Source: Bugula neritina | Taxonomy: Eukaryota; Animalia; Bryozoa | Reading direction: 5' to 3' | Assembly (NCBI GenBank): GCA_964035545.1 | Contig: OZ037766.1 | Coordinates: 22,184,767-22,248,766 of the forward strand | Length of the DNA: 64,000 bases | Shown here: in pieces, positions 61,089 to 64,000 of the stretch | How the letters are laid out: every line of letters begins with the position of its first letter | Numbering within the stretch: position 1 is the first letter of the stretch | Program-made: the position numbers and the translations under genes | The notes under the pieces: model-generated | Seen by the model: only the letters and a program-made list of their open reading frames with translations | What the model was told of the DNA's origin: nothing | Databases searched by the model: none

Positions 61089-63872
61089 TCAACCAGATAG
61101 AGGAGCAGTGCTTTCAGTTGCATAGCTTTTCACTCGGGCAAATTTAAATGGAGGGAAATCTTGTTTGGTGAGCTTGAAATCACTAGTAGACTCATTTTGA
61201 GTATCCCTACAGTTATAATAGCAGTTAGCAGGTTAAACAATAACTCTGCTTTCTCAACATGGACCAGCCATTTAAATACACAAATATGGTAGACTGTAAG
61301 GAGTTAATAAGTCAACAGATGAGATAGAAGAGCTGCAACATAGAATGTATCACCTCTTATTAAGTATATAATTAAAATCAAAATAGTTTATCTGGTTACA
61401 ATAACCACATCTCAGAGTGTATACTCTACAGGACAATAAAACTTAATCACTTTAGACTGGCACACTGACTAGAAGCCATCTTCTGCAGTGAGTTTATTAT
61501 TAGTTTTGTAATGAGACCTAAGCAACTACTTTGACTTAATTATAATGTCATTATCAGCTATTAGGTGGAAGGATCATTAAATTAAAATTAAACGGAAGGC
61601 TTAGAAAACAAAGGATTAGAATCATTTAAGTTAAAAGACACAAATTGCTTGCATACAGCAGTCAATTACTAGACTACAGTCACCTAAGCTGAGAAAATGC
61701 CATCTGGTGGCAACAACTATCCCTTACAGTCTGTGCAGTCAAAGTAAAGTAATGCATACAGCACTAAAGGAATTTGGTTGTATAGTATTCTGCAGAACAA
61801 ATTCAATGAAAAGGATGAGCAAACAATGCTGCTTGTAATGGGACAGAGTATGAAACTGCTTCAACTTTAATGAGCCTGTTTATACTAAAGCACACAACTC
61901 CCACAGAAGTATGTTTTATAGATAGAAACAAACCAGCAACACAACTTGTTGATTGATAAATCATTCTAAGTTGAAAGCCACAGCAGTAATATAAAAAACA
62001 ATATTTTAAAAGTCGACCACAATGCAAACAAATTTCAATGCATTCAATAGACAGTTTAATAGGCTTCCCATAGCCCCCCCCCAGTCATGTAAATGGAATT
62101 ACTTACGGGTGGTAAATGCTGACAGAATACTTTTCCCATTTTATCACCATATTGGGCTGAGTGCCGTGGCCATGTAAGGTCAAGTCTAGATAAAAAGTCA
62201 TCTCAGAGTCCTTTATTTCTTCTCTATTTCTTTTGTACCTTTGATTGACTTTTGCTTCTTTATTTTTTACTCGTTTGAGTATACAGGAAATCTATAAAAG
62301 CATTGCCCAAATACACTAGTGTATGATGGTGTGTGGCCTCGTATATTTGACTAACTCCAGCAGTAATCTGCAACTAAAAACAAACGACAGCCAGCAGAAT
62401 TACTAGCAACAGCAGCAGCAACAGCAGCAGGGGCCTACCTGATTCTCCTTCATTCTGTACATGCCTCTACACATTCCCTCAACCTGGGCCCCATGACTCC
62501 TGAGTTGGGAGATAACAGTGATTGGGTCATATGAACTTGTCAACATAAAAACAACGCCATCCGGAAAGAACCTGAGATAACGATAGTACACGACTTTCAT
62601 CCATGGAGGATAGTATCGCTCTAGAGTGGATTCCCCTTGCCTGAACAGCTCCACTTTATTCATATACACACCTGAGGGAATATTCAGTGTTTCATGGATA
62701 TTGGTTAAAGAAAATATCCACACAATTTTTAACAATATGATACAAAACCTACAATTCTTAAGGTTGGTGCAGTAATGAAGAAGTTGGGAAAAGCCAATGT
62801 TGTGGATAGAAAATGTAGGAAATAATGCTATGTTCTCTCAAGAACTTCAAAATTTGCTTCAAACTGAAGTCTATAAAGATAATTAATGAACACAGGCTAT
62901 CGAGATATCTCCACTACTGCATTACTGCACCAATTCATGTCCCAAGAAGCAAAATCCAGCTTTTTTATATACTTTAATGAATACTTTATATGACTCTAAT
63001 TATTGTACTGGTGCCAGGGTTACAGTGAATAAAGTGTAACTTACCATGATAATATAAATGTGGCTTTTCTATAAATAGAGCTCGCCATGTTGAATATGGT
63101 TGGCACGATTGACAACCTGGGCCCCATGTTCTACAAGAAATACTTGGATTTGTAATACTGCAAATTTGCCAAAATACCATTATTATTATAGCTGCTATTG
63201 TAAACCTTTATTGCTTTGAATAAACATATTCCAGTATTGCCTTGACTAACAGATTATTAATAATAATGAAAAATTCTGAAAGTTTCATCCAAACATTCTT
63301 CAGCACCCTCAGAAACTCAAAAGTCCAAAAGTTCTTTTTGAGAATTTTAATGCTTCACATGCTTCTAAAATTCCCCAAAATCAGAAACATGAAACATGTA
63401 GCAGTTTTAAAGTAACTTGAGTCTGAATGTCAATAGCATTAAACTATAGTACGGAATTTTAGAGAGAGAGTAGCCTAAATTCAATTGAGCATTATTAGGA
63501 AGTAAATTATGCTTATTTTATAGCATCCACAAACAGCCAAGTCTAGAGTTTAACTTTATTTCAGGTTGAGAAAGAATAATTCTGTGTGTTGTGCTAAAAA
63601 AATTAGCATCAATCCCAAAGGAAAAGAATGAAATCAATAGCTACACACATTATGCTTGCATTGCATAATCAATACAATGTAGAAGACCAAAAGGTTATTC
63701 ATTTCCTGTTAAAAGTTTGATGAAACTTCACACAGATACAAATTCAAAACAGATAATAAGAGTATTTGTACTCAAACTAAAGTATATCTCATGATATGGA
63801 ATTGTCTTACCTAGTACAGATATGATGCCAAATGCATGGGTCTCTAGCTAAGACATAGAACCCTCTACACAC
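61089..63872 (-). CDS. FBXO9: F-box only protein 9, 3' part (5 exons in window; gene continues beyond the window)
   Basis: Exons 63872-63811 (VCRGFYVLARDPCIW), 63130-63045 (YSTWRALFIEKPHLYYHG), 62671-62439 (VVYYRYLRFFPDGVVFMLTS), 62291-62107 and 61206-61089 (PFKFARVKSYATESTAPLSG*). Confidence 0.92.
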
Positions 63873-64000
63873 CTACGTACAAAAAGTAATATCATTAAAT
63901 ATTCATCACAATATATAATAGAAGGGTGCAAACAAGTAACAAGTAACTAAGTTTTTACTTCAGAATTTGAAGATGAAATAAACCATTAATATTAGTTACA

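Overview
AT-rich, intron-rich eukaryotic (invertebrate metazoan-type) genomic window. No prokaryotic features, CRISPR arrays, rRNA or true tRNA genes were seen. Reading exons and splice sites by hand gives eight spliced host genes: ARL1 (+), SNX8 (-), IQCE (+, head-to-head with SNX8), an SLC17/ACS-family MFS transporter (+), a divergent tetraspanin (+), an ankyrin-ZU5-ZU5-UPA (PIDD/DTHD1-like) protein with no visible death domain (+), guanine deaminase GDA (-), and the 3' part of FBXO9 (-). The main accessory element is a 3.35 kb GC-rich Ty3/Gypsy-type LTR element inserted antisense in an IQCE intron. It has a 5-bp TSD, near-identical LTR sequence, a tRNA-Leu PBS, an intact gag, a -1 frameshift signal with a hairpin and a protease, but RT/RNaseH and the integrase core are deleted while the frame stays open. 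Also present are a tRNA-derived SINE family (one copy duplicated a GDA splice donor), hAT and Tc1/mariner-type MITEs, a decayed CR1-group LINE and long microsatellites. All gene models are manual and unconfirmed by transcript data.
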